Assembly (NCBI GenBank): GCA_963745835.1
Contig: CAVUZH010000018.1
Span: 448,001 to 512,000 of the forward strand
DNA: 64,000 nucleotides
Reading direction: 5' to 3'
Origin: an uncultured delta proteobacterium
GTDB taxonomy: Bacteria > Desulfobacterota > Binatia > UBA9968
The position numbers were made by a program, and so were the translations under genes. Positions 30,935-42,807 of the stretch are shown piece by piece. Within the stretch, counting starts at the first letter, position 1; the number at the start of each line of letters is the position of its first letter. The notes below the pieces were generated by a model. That model made no database searches. It saw nothing but the letters and a program-made list of their open reading frames with translations, and was not told the DNA's origin.

Positions 30935-31412
30935 CTGAATTGGGGCACGCCTGACAAGTTTGGCCGCCTGCATTTGATAAATATGCTGAGAGTGACGACG
31001 ACGAGGATAAGCCCATCGCGTAGTCACTGAACAAAGAATTTCGTAGGTCCTTCTAAGTTATTCGAGCTGCGAAGAAAATCAGTACGACTGTATCATTTGA
31101 GAATTAGTTAAAAAGCCGGCACGCTGTGGCCGCTCGGCCGTGCCGCTCCTGGATCACAAGGCGCGGTTCACGCGCGACACAGTCACAATGGAATGGTCCG
31201 CTATGGCGCTGTTCGAAATTACACTCACTACTCTGAAGAAGTGTCTACGGAACCGCCGAGGTCGGCCGTAGGAGGCGCGTGTTTGGTGTAGGGTTTTCGA
31301 TCTTTGCCCACATTTCCTTGAGGCTTCTGCCTCGATGATCATTTCATCTCGTCAGGCGTCATGCCTATGCAGACTCAGCCAATTCGCATTTATCACAAGT
31401 ACAGAAGGACGG

Positions 31413-33999
31413 TTAGGGACGCATCCTAGGGTTCCTAAGTTCTTCGCCTATCACTAGTTTTCTGATGGCAATCTCAATTAGGAACAGGGCCAACAGAATA
31501 ACGATTATCGTATTCCTTAACGGCTGTTCAGTTCTTATCGAGATTTGTTTTTCCTGGGTCTCAATGGATCTTGGGTTAATTTCGCCGCCGCTGATCTGGG
31601 CCAGCTTGGTAAGCAACGGCAAGTTTACGTCGGGACGTGGCAACTCACGCTTGGGATCGTAAGTGGAGGTAAAGCCCACCGGGGGGTATGCGATTTTGCG
31701 GCCCCTTCGGTCTTCGGTGAGGTCGATCCGGTGTTCGCCAGGTGCCAACATCGGCAAGACAGCCTGAAAATGACCGGGAGCAATTTTTTTGAGTGTTCCA
31801 TCGGTCTTAGTTCCGTTTCCACTTGCGGCGAAGCGAAACTGGCTCTCTAAACCCGTGTCCTCAAATATATAGAGATCCAATACGGGCTGGGAACCGGCTA
31901 AGACTGATCCTCGTTTCGTGGACAGGTGTGGGGGTATCGGTGCTCGGTCGGATCCACTCCAGGATCTTTTCCCAAAAATCCGGCAAGCTTCCCCATTGAA
32001 TCCATGCCCGACTCCACCGGCCTTCGAGGTCGGTTGTCAGTGCAACGGTTTTGCCACGGCCATACTTCCATGACGCGAGTAGGGGAGCTTTTCGATCCTC
32101 CCTGGGGATGAAAAGATCCAAGTGGGCGCCGCGCTTGAGGTCGGTTTCGATAAAACCTCGGAGAGAAGGATAAGCTTTAGGTGAGAATCCCGCCAGCAGT
32201 TCCGAACCCTTTTCTTGGACTGGTGTGAAGTCACGTTCCGGTGGCGGCGGTTCGTCTTTTTGCTTCTCCTGAATCCGCTGCAAGACGATTTGAGGAAGAC
32301 TGGTAGGATCATAAGTGTGATGGAAGAAGCCACCGCCGTACTGGGCAATTCTTTTTAGCAGCGGTATGTTTGCTTCCGCGCCGATGGCGATGGCCGACAC
32401 GGTAATGTTCTGTTCCGCCCTCATGACCGTAACCAAATCGATAAAGTCGCCGCCGCTGCCGCCGGTTTCGCCGTCGCTGAGAATAATGACATGTTTATGG
32501 CCGGCAGTTTGTCTTTCCAGTTGTCGTTTGGCTTCGATGATGGCCGGCAACATTACGGTTCGGCCGCCGGGTTTTAACCTATCGATCTGGCTATTGAAAG
32601 AGCCTTTTATGCTGCCAACGCTGGCAAGCGGGACGACTACAAACGGGTCAACGTCGAAACCAACAACGCCGAGGAGATCATTGTCTTTCAACTGCCGAGC
32701 GACAGCTTTAGCCGCCTCTTGAGCATACAAAATTCGATTATCCTCCCGCATGCTGCCGGATTTATCGATGACCAGGACGATTGCGCGGTTTTTTTCCTCG
32801 TGTTTGGGTGGATCTTTGAACTGCACCGGCAAGATCGTTTCGATAGGAGTGCCCCGATAACCTCCAGGTGCAAAGCTCCAGTCACCGCCGAGCATCACGA
32901 AACCATTGCCGTTGCTCACCTGTTGTTCGATAGAAGTGAGATAGGTTGGCGAGAGTTTTTCCTTTTCGACGTTGTTAAGAATTACGACGTTGAAGCCATT
33001 GGGCGACGGTGGCGATTCTGTCATGCGTGAGGTTACTTCGAAACCTCGGCGCCGGAGAATTTCTTCAAGATATTTTCCGCCCTCACTTCGGCCGCTGACA
33101 ATTAAAACCTTTCCCTTACTGCGCACGCTGATCCAGGCCAGCGCGTGATTGTCGGGTTCAATTTGATCCAATCGAGGTTGACGAGGTGTGAAGCTGGCGC
33201 GATAAGAGGTGAGAGCGCCTTCCGTGAGGGTGGTCTGATAAGAAAGAATCTGACTGCCGGGATTCAGTTTGACGGCATCGGTTTTAAATGTCTCGCCATT
33301 GCGGGTCAACGTCAAAATCCCGTCGACTTCACGACCAGTGTGGTTCTCCAGTATGACCTTAATGTTGACAGCTTCACCGGTATTACCATGTGTCGGGACA
33401 ACGACTTTGGTTACGGTCACATTGGCAACGTTCATGCGCTGCGAAGGGACGATGGGATAAACCTTCAAGCCCGAGCTCGCGATGGCGGGCAATATTATTT
33501 CGAGATTGCCTTGGGTTTCCCACCCATCGGTGAACAAGTAGAGACTACGCGGCACAGGCGGTAAGGACAGAAAAGTTTCAAAGAGCTTCTGAAGATCGGT
33601 ATTTTCCGGCTTGATGGCGTCTTGCTGGGACGGACCATTCTTGATCGTTTCACGCCAATTGCCGGTTTCCTTTGCATCGGCAGCGAATATAAATGTGCGA
33701 TCGGCGCGAGTGGGCTCAAGCAAACCTTGAGTTGAGCTATTCATCCATTGACGCATGCTGGTTGGAATGCTGCTGGATAGATCAAAAGCGAAGATTCGCT
33801 CTTCTCTTTCGCTCTTGGACTGATTGGTAACAAATTGCGGATCGGCTAAGACACATACCAGCAACCCCAGTATCAGCGTGCGCGAAGCCAAGACAAAGAA
33901 GCTACGTCGACGGAGCAAAAGCCAAAGCAGCGGCAGTGCAATCAGCAGCCAAAAGAACCATGGCTTGACGAACTGAAGGTGCTCAATCAATTCTTTCAT
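31413..33999 (-). CDS. Large membrane-anchored VWA + glutamine-amidotransferase-like domain protein, one +1 frameshift near 31895
   Basis: BatA-like N-terminus (FVKPWFFWLLIALP), two VWA MIDAS motifs (DLSSS, DKSGSM, LSDG) and WKYGRGKTVA. The C-terminus (LFLIEIAIRK) continues in ORF 31413-31880. Confidence 0.8.
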
Positions 34000-34384
34000 G
34001 TTTAAGAGCTTAAGATGTCAAGCGTCCGCTGAAGCGCTAATCGTTAGCCGAATCTTTTCTAGAGTCTAGCGATTATATCGTCTATTGAACCGAAAACGTA
34101 TATTCATTGATTCAACGCCTCCCTTCCAATATCACCAGGCTTGTCGTAACGTCTGGAACGTAGCTGAATTGTAAAGAGGCTAGAGCAACGTGCCTCGGAG
34201 TACAAGCCAGGCCTCCTTCAAATAACGATTCTTTCTGTGATTTCTACGATTCATCATCTATGATCGTTAACAAATATGGATTCTTTCGATAATCCAGGCT
34301 CGCCTAATTACAACAGTCCCGCTTAAATCCTGACGCCGACGCCGTGGCGCCGCCGTGATTCCGAACCGAGAAGCGGTGAGCCCG

Positions 34385-35498
34385 GAAGTGATTATGCGCC
34401 AGTTTCGTTTCAGTCCCGCTCTTCCCGAAAAACCAGTTTTCACGATGGGCGATGCGGTCATTTTGCTTGGTATCGCCACGATACTTTACGCGGGCACCCG
34501 CTTGGCCTTCCGCGTTCCTGCCGTGATTGCGGGTCCGAAGAGGATTCCAGCGCCGCACGAGCGGAGTTATTGCTCCACCGGAATTGTCCGCTGAGACGGG
34601 ACATTCTCGTTTAGCGATCGGAATTCTCGCTCGCGCGATGGCCGTCGAACCAGAATTGTTATGTTTAGACGAACCATTTTCTGCCCTGGATGTGCTTTCC
34701 GCCGAAGCTTTGCGTGGCGAGCTGATGGAACTATGGCTAAAAAAGAAAATCCCGACCAAAGCTATCTTGATGGTTACGCATAATATTGAGGAAGCCGTGT
34801 TGATGGCCGATCGCATCGTGATCATGGGTAAAGACCCTGGTCACATTGTAACTGAGATTCCCGTCACGCTTCGACAACCGCGGCAGCGCAAAGATACCGC
34901 CTTTCAAGGCCTTGTAGATAAGGTGTATGCAGCTGTTGCTGGTCAGTCCAGGCCGAAAGAAGAGACGCTTGGCACTCAACCTGGAGAGCCTGGCTATGAC
35001 CCGAGCATTGCCGAATGCGCAGCTCAGCGCACTCGCGGGCTTGCTCGAGAAACTCGTAGAAGAGGGAGGGCGGGTTGACCTCTACCGGATGAGCGGTGAT
35101 TTGGTCCTCGAACGCGATGATTTCTTACCGATTGTGGAGTCGGGGGACCTACTCGGTTTCGTTACTGTTCACGAGGGAGACCTGTTACTTACGCCCTTGG
35201 GCGTGCCTACGCTGACGCCACCATTCTGGGCCGCAAAGCAATAGTCGCGGGACGGGTCTGCGTTTGCCGACCATTGCCTGGATCTATGAAACTCTCCAAC
35301 AGGATGACAACCGGCGCGTGGCTTGGGATTATTTTCACGACAAGTTGCAAGCCGACTTTGGCGAGTAGGCCGAAAAGCAGCTAGACATCGCCATCAGTTG
35401 GGGACGCCATGCTGAGCTGTTTGCTTACGACGACGGCACTGGGGAATTATATCTGGAGAGCGATGTGGGAAAAACGGCTGAGAAAAGCTTTGCTCTGA
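34385..35498 (+). pseudogene. Decayed NitT/TauT ABC transporter (permease N-terminal scrap plus ATPase with AAA-associated C-terminal domain)
   Basis: ARAMAVEPELLCLDEPFSALD and LMVTHNIEEAV are present but Walker A is absent; several frameshifts and an in-frame TAG near 35366. Confidence 0.75.
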
Positions 35499-35499
35499 G

Positions 35500-36158
35500 C
35501 GAACTGTATGAGGCCTGACCTGTTCTTTCCATTCAGGAGCGAGTCCAAGGCTTTCAGCTCCTCCAGCAGGATGACGTGGAGGATTTTTTTTGCACCTGAG
35601 TGCAAGGATAAAGCCAAACTGGCTTTAGCCCTACCACTCGGCGAACGAAAATGCCGATGAAGCTGCTCGCCCCTGATGACGCCGTGGACGTAGTTCACCA
35701 AGTCCCCGATGAAGAACGCGAGGGACTTTATCACTACTGGACGATAAGACGCGCAGGGAAGTTAAAGGGCTTGTGGAATACGCGGAACAAAAAGCTCAAG
35801 GCCTAATCAATCCTCGCTATGCCCGTTTGCGACTCAAATGAGCATCGACGAGGCTGTTAACTTTTTACGGAGAGATGCGCAGGATCGGGCGCATAGCATC
35901 TACTACGCTTACGTGACCGACTCTGAAGAACGGCTGTTGGGAGTAGTCACATTCAGGGATTTGCTAATTGCAGCTGGCGACAAGCCTGTGCAGGACGTTA
36001 TGCGTAGGGACGTGATAACAGTGCCAGAACACTTGGATCAAACAGCAATGAAAGACCTATTGACCAGGTACAATCTGCAGATGATCCCCGTCGTAGACTC
36101 GGAAAAGCGCATCAAGAGCGTGGTAACTAAAGACCAAATCAGCCAAGACGACTCGTAA
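35500..36158 (+). pseudogene. MgtE intracellular/CBS domain remnant
   Basis: LLAPDDAVDVV and INPRYARLR fragments in shifted frames, then a CBS pair (IYYAYVTD..RLLGVVTFRDLL, IPVVD); no TM domain. Confidence 0.7.
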
Positions 36159-36621
36159 ACGGACGCTTCTCACTCGCCGATCTTTCAGCGGCTCGTATAT
36201 AATGTGGCGCACGTGCAGCATGATGAAGTGCGTTGCAGGTAGCTTTGTGAGCAAAAACGCCGTGATAACGTCCCTGTTCATGACTTCTCTACGACCTTAT
36301 CGCTCGGAGCCACGCCGACCTCTCGCTGAATGGATCAGTGATAGGTGGGTATGCAATAGAGATCAAGTCGCAGTTACATCAGGTCTTTGCGCGCCACGGT
36401 TTTTGGAGCCATGATCAACATGTTTTTTCTCGAGGCCTAAAGAATATGCTCAGAACTATGTTGGGAAAAAAGGGTAGATGGATAGTTTACTTCCTTCGAT
36501 GGCGTAAGATGCTGCGAAGATTTGATCGATCGGACACAGCCCCAAGGGCCAACATGTGGATCGGCCCGCAGTAATTTCTCCAGGTCTGAGACTTACGCTT
36601 TGCACGAGAGAGGTGAAACAT

Positions 36622-37141
36622 ATGGATGCAAAAATCACATCACCGAACGTGTTTAAGCGCGAAAGGCGACCGGTGGATGATACCATCAGCGCCGTGCCGG
36701 GCGAGTGGCGCTTCGACAAGAATGTATCGAAAGCCTTCGATTCGCATGTCCATAAGAGCGTGCCGTTCTACGACGAGATATAGCGCATGGCGGTCGAGCT
36801 GAGCGAATACTTTGTGCGCGACCGCAGCGTTGTTTATACTTAGGCTCTTCCACCGGCACTACGCTTGACCTCCTTTCGAGCACACATGCGGCAATCAGGA
36901 TGCGCAGTTTATCGGATTCGATTTGAGCGAATTTATGATCAGGGAATCCCGAAAGAAGGTCAATCGGCCCAATGTTCGCTTTCATCATAAGAATATTATG
37001 GATGTCGAATTCTCACCGCCGGTGAGCTTTATGACCAGCTTGTTCACTATGCAGTTCGTGACGCTGGCGGAACGGAGAACTCTCCTCACGCGTATCAACG
37101 GGTTTCGCTCGCTGCCTTACCGGGTCGAATCAATTCCTTGA
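36622..37141 (+). pseudogene. CmoA-like SAM-dependent methyltransferase pseudogene
   Basis: WRFDKNV..FDSHVHKSVPFY, TAG at 36781, LGSSTG in a shifted frame, and SLFTMQF. Confidence 0.75.
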
Positions 37142-37666
37142 GTAAGAATAGGAACAGATTCTTTCCACAGCCGCTCTGTTATTGGTATGCGTTCACTTTC
37201 GGCCTGGGCCTGCTTTCTTGTAGCTTGGGTGGTATTTGGCTTGGAATGATGCTGCCGTTCATGACCTGGGCTCTTCATATCGCCGGCTTGGTTTCGGTTA
37301 AGACGGCTCCGCGACGACGCAGCGTCAGCCTCGGGCTTTTGACGCTGATTGGGTTGCTCGGGCAGCCTCGCTGTTGCGAGGCAACTAACCTCAATGGGCG
37401 ATTGAGATGGCAACGCATAGTGTTCCATCGCAATGGAGGTAACGGCACAGCGGCGCTCAGCTAGCGGCCTTCACCCAAACTTGAACTCGCCACCGCGCTC
37501 AAACGGTAATGCAGGTGTGTTCTAGGTAAGTTCCCGCAAATCGAGATTCAGCGGGCTTGTGCTCCTATTTCCAAATGCTCGAGAGGTTCCTCTCAGCACC
37601 TTCAGCGGCTTCTTTGCTCACCGCGCCAGGATTCAATTAAATCGCCCCCCCTCAAATCGGCCGGTG

Positions 37667-38710
37667 CTATAGGATTCGGTTGAACCATAGCAGTGAGAGC
37701 AAACCGGAAATCAGCGCGGTGATCGCTGCCGCCGCCGAAAACAGGGCGGTGATCTCGGTTTCTTTCTTCTCCAGTACCAGCCGTGAGTTGAGCGACTGGT
37801 AAACCTTCTTCAGATCGTTTGCCGTGCCTGCATAAAAATACTCGCCGTGGGTTAGGTTCGCGATCGCTTTGAGAGAGGCCTCATCCAAGCGCACCCGCAT
37901 GGACCAGCCTTCGAAGCCGAGCGTCTCGCCGCTTGTAGTTCCTATTCCCACCGTAAAGATACGAACGCCGCGGTCGGCGGCCATTTGAGCGGCCTCGATG
38001 GAACTGGGGCCCGTCGTTCTCTGTCCGTCCGTGAGCAAAATGATCGCCGCGGAACTGTAAGATCCAGGCGGAACTGGTTTCGGCGCCGGCTTATCCGTTT
38101 TGCGAGACTGATCCAACGGCACGCCGCGCAGGCCGTCCCGGCCGTAAATGAATGAGCTCACATCGATGCCGGCATCCGGGAAGATCGCCGCCAATGAGAC
38201 GATGATGCCGCTGCCGATGGCGGTAGCGCGTTGAAGTTGGAATCGATCGATGGCGGCAATGATGTCTTCGCGATTTTGCGTCGGCATCTGCACGATGGAT
38301 GCTGTTCCGGCGAAGGCGACGACTCCGATGCGCACGTTCGAGGGTTGGTCTGCGACGAAGGCTTTCGCGGCCGCCTGGGCCGCGGCAATCCGGCTGGGCT
38401 GAACGTCGGCGGCGCGCATGCTTCCCGAGACATCCATGGCGAGAATGATAGTCCGGTGTTGCGATGGCAGGGTTACGATCGCCGCGGGGCGGGCAATTGC
38501 GAGAATCATCGCCGTGATGGAAATAAGGAACAACAGCGGTGGAATGTGACGGCGAAATTTCTGCCTGGCGCTCATCGCGTCTTTGACGATGCTCAAGCTG
38601 GCGTATCGGAGCGCTGCCTGCTTCTTGCGATTCAAGACAAACAAGTATGCGCCCACCAGAACCGGCACCAGCAGGAGAAGCAGAAGCATTTCAGGCCATA
38701 GAAACGTCAT
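37667..38710 (-). CDS. VWA domain protein (BatA-like)
   Basis: MTFLWP N-terminus, DVSGSM MIDAS, TAIGSG and LLTDG motifs. Confidence 0.9.
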   Translation of the reverse strand: MTFLWPEMLLLLLLVPVLVGAYLFVLNRKKQAALRYASLSIVKDAMSARQKFRRHIPPLLFLISITAMILAIARPAAIVTLPSQHRTIILAMDVSGSMRAADVQPSRIAAAQAAAKAFVADQPSNVRIGVVAFAGTASIVQMPTQNREDIIAAIDRFQLQRATAIGSGIIVSLAAIFPDAGIDVSSFIYGRDGLRGVPLDQSRKTDKPAPKPVPPGSYSSAAIILLTDGQRTTGPSSIEAAQMAADRGVRIFTVGIGTTSGETLGFEGWSMRVRLDEASLKAIANLTHGEYFYAGTANDLKKVYQSLNSRLVLEKKETEITALFSAAAAITALISGLLSLLWFNRIL

Positions 38711-39749
38711 GGCTCCTCCTTAGATGTTTTGGCAGGCTTCCACCGGCCGCCAACTGGCTGCGCCGCTTGCGCAGATCGGCAAAACGGAGGATGGCGTCGA
38801 CCAAATCATCGTTCGTGGACAGCTCCAGAGTGTCGACTCCTGCCTGGTTAAAAGCGGACCGAAGCTCGGTCTCACGGCGCTCCGCGGCGGCCGTAAAGCG
38901 CCTTCTGAAAGCGCGGTCGTGAGTATCGACGAATAGCTGTTCTCCGGTTTCGGCATCCTGCATCACCAGCAGCCCGAGATCCGGCAATTCCATTTCCAAT
39001 GGGTCGTAAAGTCGCACGGCGATGATCTCATGGCGTTGCGCCAAATGCGCCAGCGGCTTGGCCCAGCCGGGCGCGCTGATGAAATCGGAAATCACGAATA
39101 CCAGCGAGCGTCGATTCATGATGCGAGAAGCGGTCTGGAAAAAATCTCGCAGGTTGGTCCCGTGCGAGCCGGAACGTTTGGGCCGGGAAAGCACGCGATG
39201 AAGAATATCGAGCACGTGACGCCGGCCGGTTCGCGCCGGAATCACCGTGTCCACGCTGTCACCATAGAACAGCGCGCCCACCCGATTGCCGTGCCGGGTT
39301 AAGAGCCGCGCCAGCATTGTGACGAATTCTGTCGAGACCGACTGCTTCTTAACGTTGGAGCCGAAATCCACCGACGGGCTCAGGTCGAGCAGGAACCATG
39401 CGGTCACTTCCCGGTCTTCATTGTAAACCCGGACATAAGGTGTCTGCAGACGCGCTGTGACGTTCCAATCGATGTAACGGACATCGTCGTGGTATTGGTA
39501 TTCGCGCAGATCCGCCAGGTCCAGCCCAAAACCACGAAACAAAGTTTGGTAATCGCCGTGCAGCAGGCCATCGAGGCGACGAATCACAGTCCACTCCAAG
39601 CGACGCAGAATGTTTTCAGCTTCCGGGGTGCGAGCTGCGGGGGCACGGAAATTTTCGCTGACGGCGCCGGGAATCGCTTTAGGCGCTTTCTGAAAAACAC
39701 TCATGGCTTTGCTCAAGATGAATAATGGAAGCTGGAGTTCGCCTTCCAC
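38691..39749 (-). CDS. DUF58 domain protein (start possibly 39704)
   Basis: DLREYQYHDDVRYIDWNVTAR and FVISDF motifs. Confidence 0.9.
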   Translation of the reverse strand: MEGELQLPLFILSKAMSVFQKAPKAIPGAVSENFRAPAARTPEAENILRRLEWTVIRRLDGLLHGDYQTLFRGFGLDLADLREYQYHDDVRYIDWNVTARLQTPYVRVYNEDREVTAWFLLDLSPSVDFGSNVKKQSVSTEFVTMLARLLTRHGNRVGALFYGDSVDTVIPARTGRRHVLDILHRVLSRPKRSGSHGTNLRDFFQTASRIMNRRSLVFVISDFISAPGWAKPLAHLAQRHEIIAVRLYDPLEMELPDLGLLVMQDAETGEQLFVDTHDRAFRRRFTAAAERRETELRSAFNQAGVDTLELSTNDDLVDAILRFADLRKRRSQLAAGGSLPKHLRRSHDVSMA

Positions 39750-39863
39750 CGCTTCCGCGTTGCTTCGTATTTACACTCCTGGGGATCGTGCTCGAATCTT
39801 GGTTTCGCTTGGATTTCACGATTAGCTTCCAGGCATCCGTTGCGATAACCGCGCCCGGATATC

Positions 39864-40865
39864 TTACCTGACATGCGTTTCCAGCGGCTTATCCGGCGCC
39901 GGTATCTGTTGCATGATTCGATGGATCAACTGATCCGCGCTCATTCCCTCCGCAAGCGCCTCATATGTCAACACCAGACGGTGACGAAAAACATCGGACA
40001 CAAGATCCGTCACATCCTCGGGCAAGACATAGCCGCGCCCGCGTAAGAACGCCAGCGCCCGCGCCCCTTCGATGAGATGGATGGAGGCCCGGGGGCTTGC
40101 GCCGAACGATACGAACTTGCCCAAATCAGACAGGCCAAAGCGCTCCGGATCACGCGTCGCCGAGGCCAGGCGCACCGCGTATTGCATGAGCGACGGATCC
40201 ACATAGACGCCCTGGCACTCGCGCCGGAGCGCGTTCAGCTGATCGGTCGTCGCCACCGGAACAACATCGTTGGCGGTGCCGGTGACTCTTGCAACGATAA
40301 CAAACTCCTCTTCCTCGGTGGGATAGCCGACCAGCACCTTCATCATAAACCGGTCGACCTGCGCTTCCGGCAGCGGATAGGTTCCCTCGGTCTCGATAGG
40401 GTTTTGCGTCGCCATGACCAGAAACGGCTCGGGGACATGGTGGCTCTCTCCAGCGATCGTGACTTGGCGTTCCTGCATTACTTCGAGCAACGCGCTTTGC
40501 ACTTTCGCCGGCGCCCGGTTGATTTCATCGGCGAGCAGAAGATTGGTGAAAACCGGGCCCAACGACGTGGCGAAGTCGCCGCTCTTCTGATTGTAGATCC
40601 GGGTTCCCACCAGATCGGCCGGCACGAGATCCGGCGTAAACTGAATTCTCCTGAATGAACCGCGCATGGTTCTGGCCAGGGTCTTGACTGTTAGAGTCTT
40701 GGCCAGTCCCGGGACGCCTTCGACGAGCAAGTGCCCCTGCGCCAGCACCGCAACTAGCACGCGCTCTAAAAAATGATCCTGTCCGACGATGATCTTTTTC
40801 ACCTCATAGAGGATTCGCTCCATCAATGAAGCAACTTCAGCGCGATTAATCTCTTTGTTGTCCAT
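39864..40865 (-). CDS. moxR: MoxR family AAA+ ATPase
   Basis: GVPGLAKT, RIQFTPDL, LADEINRAPAKVQSALLE and ATQNPIETEGTYPLPEAQVDRF motifs. Confidence 0.93.
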   Translation of the reverse strand: MDNKEINRAEVASLMERILYEVKKIIVGQDHFLERVLVAVLAQGHLLVEGVPGLAKTLTVKTLARTMRGSFRRIQFTPDLVPADLVGTRIYNQKSGDFATSLGPVFTNLLLADEINRAPAKVQSALLEVMQERQVTIAGESHHVPEPFLVMATQNPIETEGTYPLPEAQVDRFMMKVLVGYPTEEEEFVIVARVTGTANDVVPVATTDQLNALRRECQGVYVDPSLMQYAVRLASATRDPERFGLSDLGKFVSFGASPRASIHLIEGARALAFLRGRGYVLPEDVTDLVSDVFRHRLVLTYEALAEGMSADQLIHRIMQQIPAPDKPLETHVR

Positions 40866-40892
40866 GGTCCTGCCAGGTAAAGCTGTCTACGA

Positions 40893-41834
40893 TTAAAACG
40901 GCGGCAACCCCGCCGCCGCTGCTGCGTTCTCGATGGGAACGGCAAAGCCAATCCCGACAAAGAACCGCTGGTCTGTAGGATTGAGAATGGCGGTGACAAT
41001 GCCGACCACTTCGCCGCCTGCGGTCACCAGTGGTCCGCCCGAGCTTCCGGGATTTACCGCCGCATCGAACTGGATAAGATTCGTCAGCAAGCGCTTGCCT
41101 TCAGGAGAGCGGAATTCGCGGCGCAGACCCGACACTACTCCCGCGGTGACGGAAGGACCGATGCCGAATGGGAACCCTACGGCGACTACCTGATCGCCTA
41201 GTGCGAGGTCCGCGGTAGATCGCATGGTCGCCGCGACCAGATCATCGGGAATTGTTTCGGCCTGAAGCACCGCCAGGTCATGCTCCGGCTGCATGGCGAC
41301 AACCGTCGCGTCGGATTTGAGCCCGTCGGCAAACACCACCTGCACACGCTTGGCGCCGAGCACCACGTGGAGATTGGTGAGGATCGTGCCCTTATCGACA
41401 ATGACGACACCGCTGCCGACGCTCTTGTCCTTGTCATCGTCGATTGCATCCTGGGCTCCCCACCCATTCACTCTAACGACAGAAGAACGAATTACATCGT
41501 AGGCTTTCGCCACGGGCGACGGAAGCGTGTTGGTCTCCAGCGTGTGAAGCACCGCGGCGCGAATATCTTCTTGAGTGATCTCGCGTGGCGGCTTGAGCGC
41601 GGAGTACGTGAACACCAGGAGGATCGATAATAATCCGACGGCAGCGCCCCCTAGGAACCGCCGTTCATTGCGAACGTAAAATTCTCGCCATCGACGCCCG
41701 GGTGACGTCTTGGCGGCTTTAGCCGCGGTTTGGCGCGGTTGATCCGGAGTTTGCGGTTGTTCGAGCTGTTTAGTGGGAGCTGCCTGTCCAGTAATCGATG
41801 ATCGGCTAGAGCTATAGAGCGTTACTCTTTTCAT
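40893..41834 (-). CDS. Trypsin-like (HtrA-type, no PDZ) serine protease with TM anchor
   Basis: GSGVV, ILTNLHVV, DLAVL and QFDAAVNPGSSGGPL catalytic triad motifs. Confidence 0.9.
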   Translation of the reverse strand: MKRVTLYSSSRSSITGQAAPTKQLEQPQTPDQPRQTAAKAAKTSPGRRWREFYVRNERRFLGGAAVGLLSILLVFTYSALKPPREITQEDIRAAVLHTLETNTLPSPVAKAYDVIRSSVVRVNGWGAQDAIDDDKDKSVGSGVVIVDKGTILTNLHVVLGAKRVQVVFADGLKSDATVVAMQPEHDLAVLQAETIPDDLVAATMRSTADLALGDQVVAVGFPFGIGPSVTAGVVSGLRREFRSPEGKRLLTNLIQFDAAVNPGSSGGPLVTAGGEVVGIVTAILNPTDQRFFVGIGFAVPIENAAAAAGLPPF

Positions 41835-41980
41835 GTGTGCGATCCATCAGGTTAGATGAGAAATAACTATAAGAGAGCTCCCTCGAAATAAAGCGACCAA
41901 GAAGTCTTGCTGATTTCTATCTATCCCAAGGCCGCCTGATATAAAAGCCCTTTATTGGCGCTGACGCAAGTAAAGGTAAG

Positions 41981-42010
41981 TTGACATACCGACAGCCTAT
42001 CGAATAGTTT
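41981..42010 (+). promoter_or_regulatory. Putative sigma70 promoter TTGACA-N18-TAGTTT
   Basis: Perfect -35 hexamer and plausible -10; followed by a structured leader of about 250 nt. Confidence 0.45.
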
Positions 42011-42268
42011 CGCCTTGGAGAAGAGTAGTGGGAGGCCACTGGCGCGCTGCCGCCGAAAATGACCAGGAGAAAACGATGCTCCCAACTCATTACGGCTTGC
42101 ATCTGAAGAATTCTCTGGCAATGCACCCTTGTTGCCAGACCCAAAAGCTATCGGGATGTGGTTGATGCATTGTTTAAAAGTTCCCATGCTCGTTCCAGCC
42201 ATTATCACGGGCTTTAGCAGGCGGGTGTATCTAAAACACGATCCGAACTTGGAAAGGAGTGAAGGGAA

Positions 42269-42682
42269 ATGGCTGCATTAACGCTGGAAATGGCAGAAAA
42301 GGCGGTCAAAGCGGCGCAGGCGAAAGCGCGCGATCAAGGTACGCCGATGACGGTTACCGTTGTCGATGAAGCCGGCCGCCTGGTCTTGTCGGCGCGCGGT
42401 GATGGCGCCGGCTTTTTTACTCCTGAAACTTCCCGCGGCAAAGCGGTTGCGGCCGCGGCCTTTCGACGTCCGACCAAAGAAATGGTGCGTCTCAGAGATT
42501 CATCTCCAGCCTTCTGGAGCAATATTTCTAACGTGCTGCACGGCGAAGCTCTGCCGAGCATAGGCGGCGTGCCGGTTCTCTCAGGCGGAAAAGTGATCGG
42601 CGCCATCGGCTGCGGTGGCGGCAGCGGCGAGCAAGATCACCTCTGTGCTGCAGCCGGCGCCGCAGCGATAGCTAATAGTTGA
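42269..42682 (+). CDS. GlcG/HbpS family heme-binding protein
   Basis: VTVVDEAG, GKAVAAAAF and GGVPV..GKVIGAIGCGG..EQD motifs. Confidence 0.9.
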   Translation: MAALTLEMAEKAVKAAQAKARDQGTPMTVTVVDEAGRLVLSARGDGAGFFTPETSRGKAVAAAAFRRPTKEMVRLRDSSPAFWSNISNVLHGEALPSIGGVPVLSGGKVIGAIGCGGGSGEQDHLCAAAGAAAIANS

Positions 42683-42807
42683 TTCGCCGCGAATCTTGAT
42701 CACGATCAGCGAATCAGGCGACTGTCTGGTTCGCTTTTGGCTAGCCTCGATAGGGAACCCAACGAGGAGTGCCCCGAACTCGGCGCACGATGAATAGAGG
42801 ACTTAAT

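Noticed and set aside
37117-37464. Overlapping 103-108 aa ORFs after the CmoA-like pseudogene
   Set aside because: They lie in a decayed region with no recognisable domain; probably remnants or spurious.
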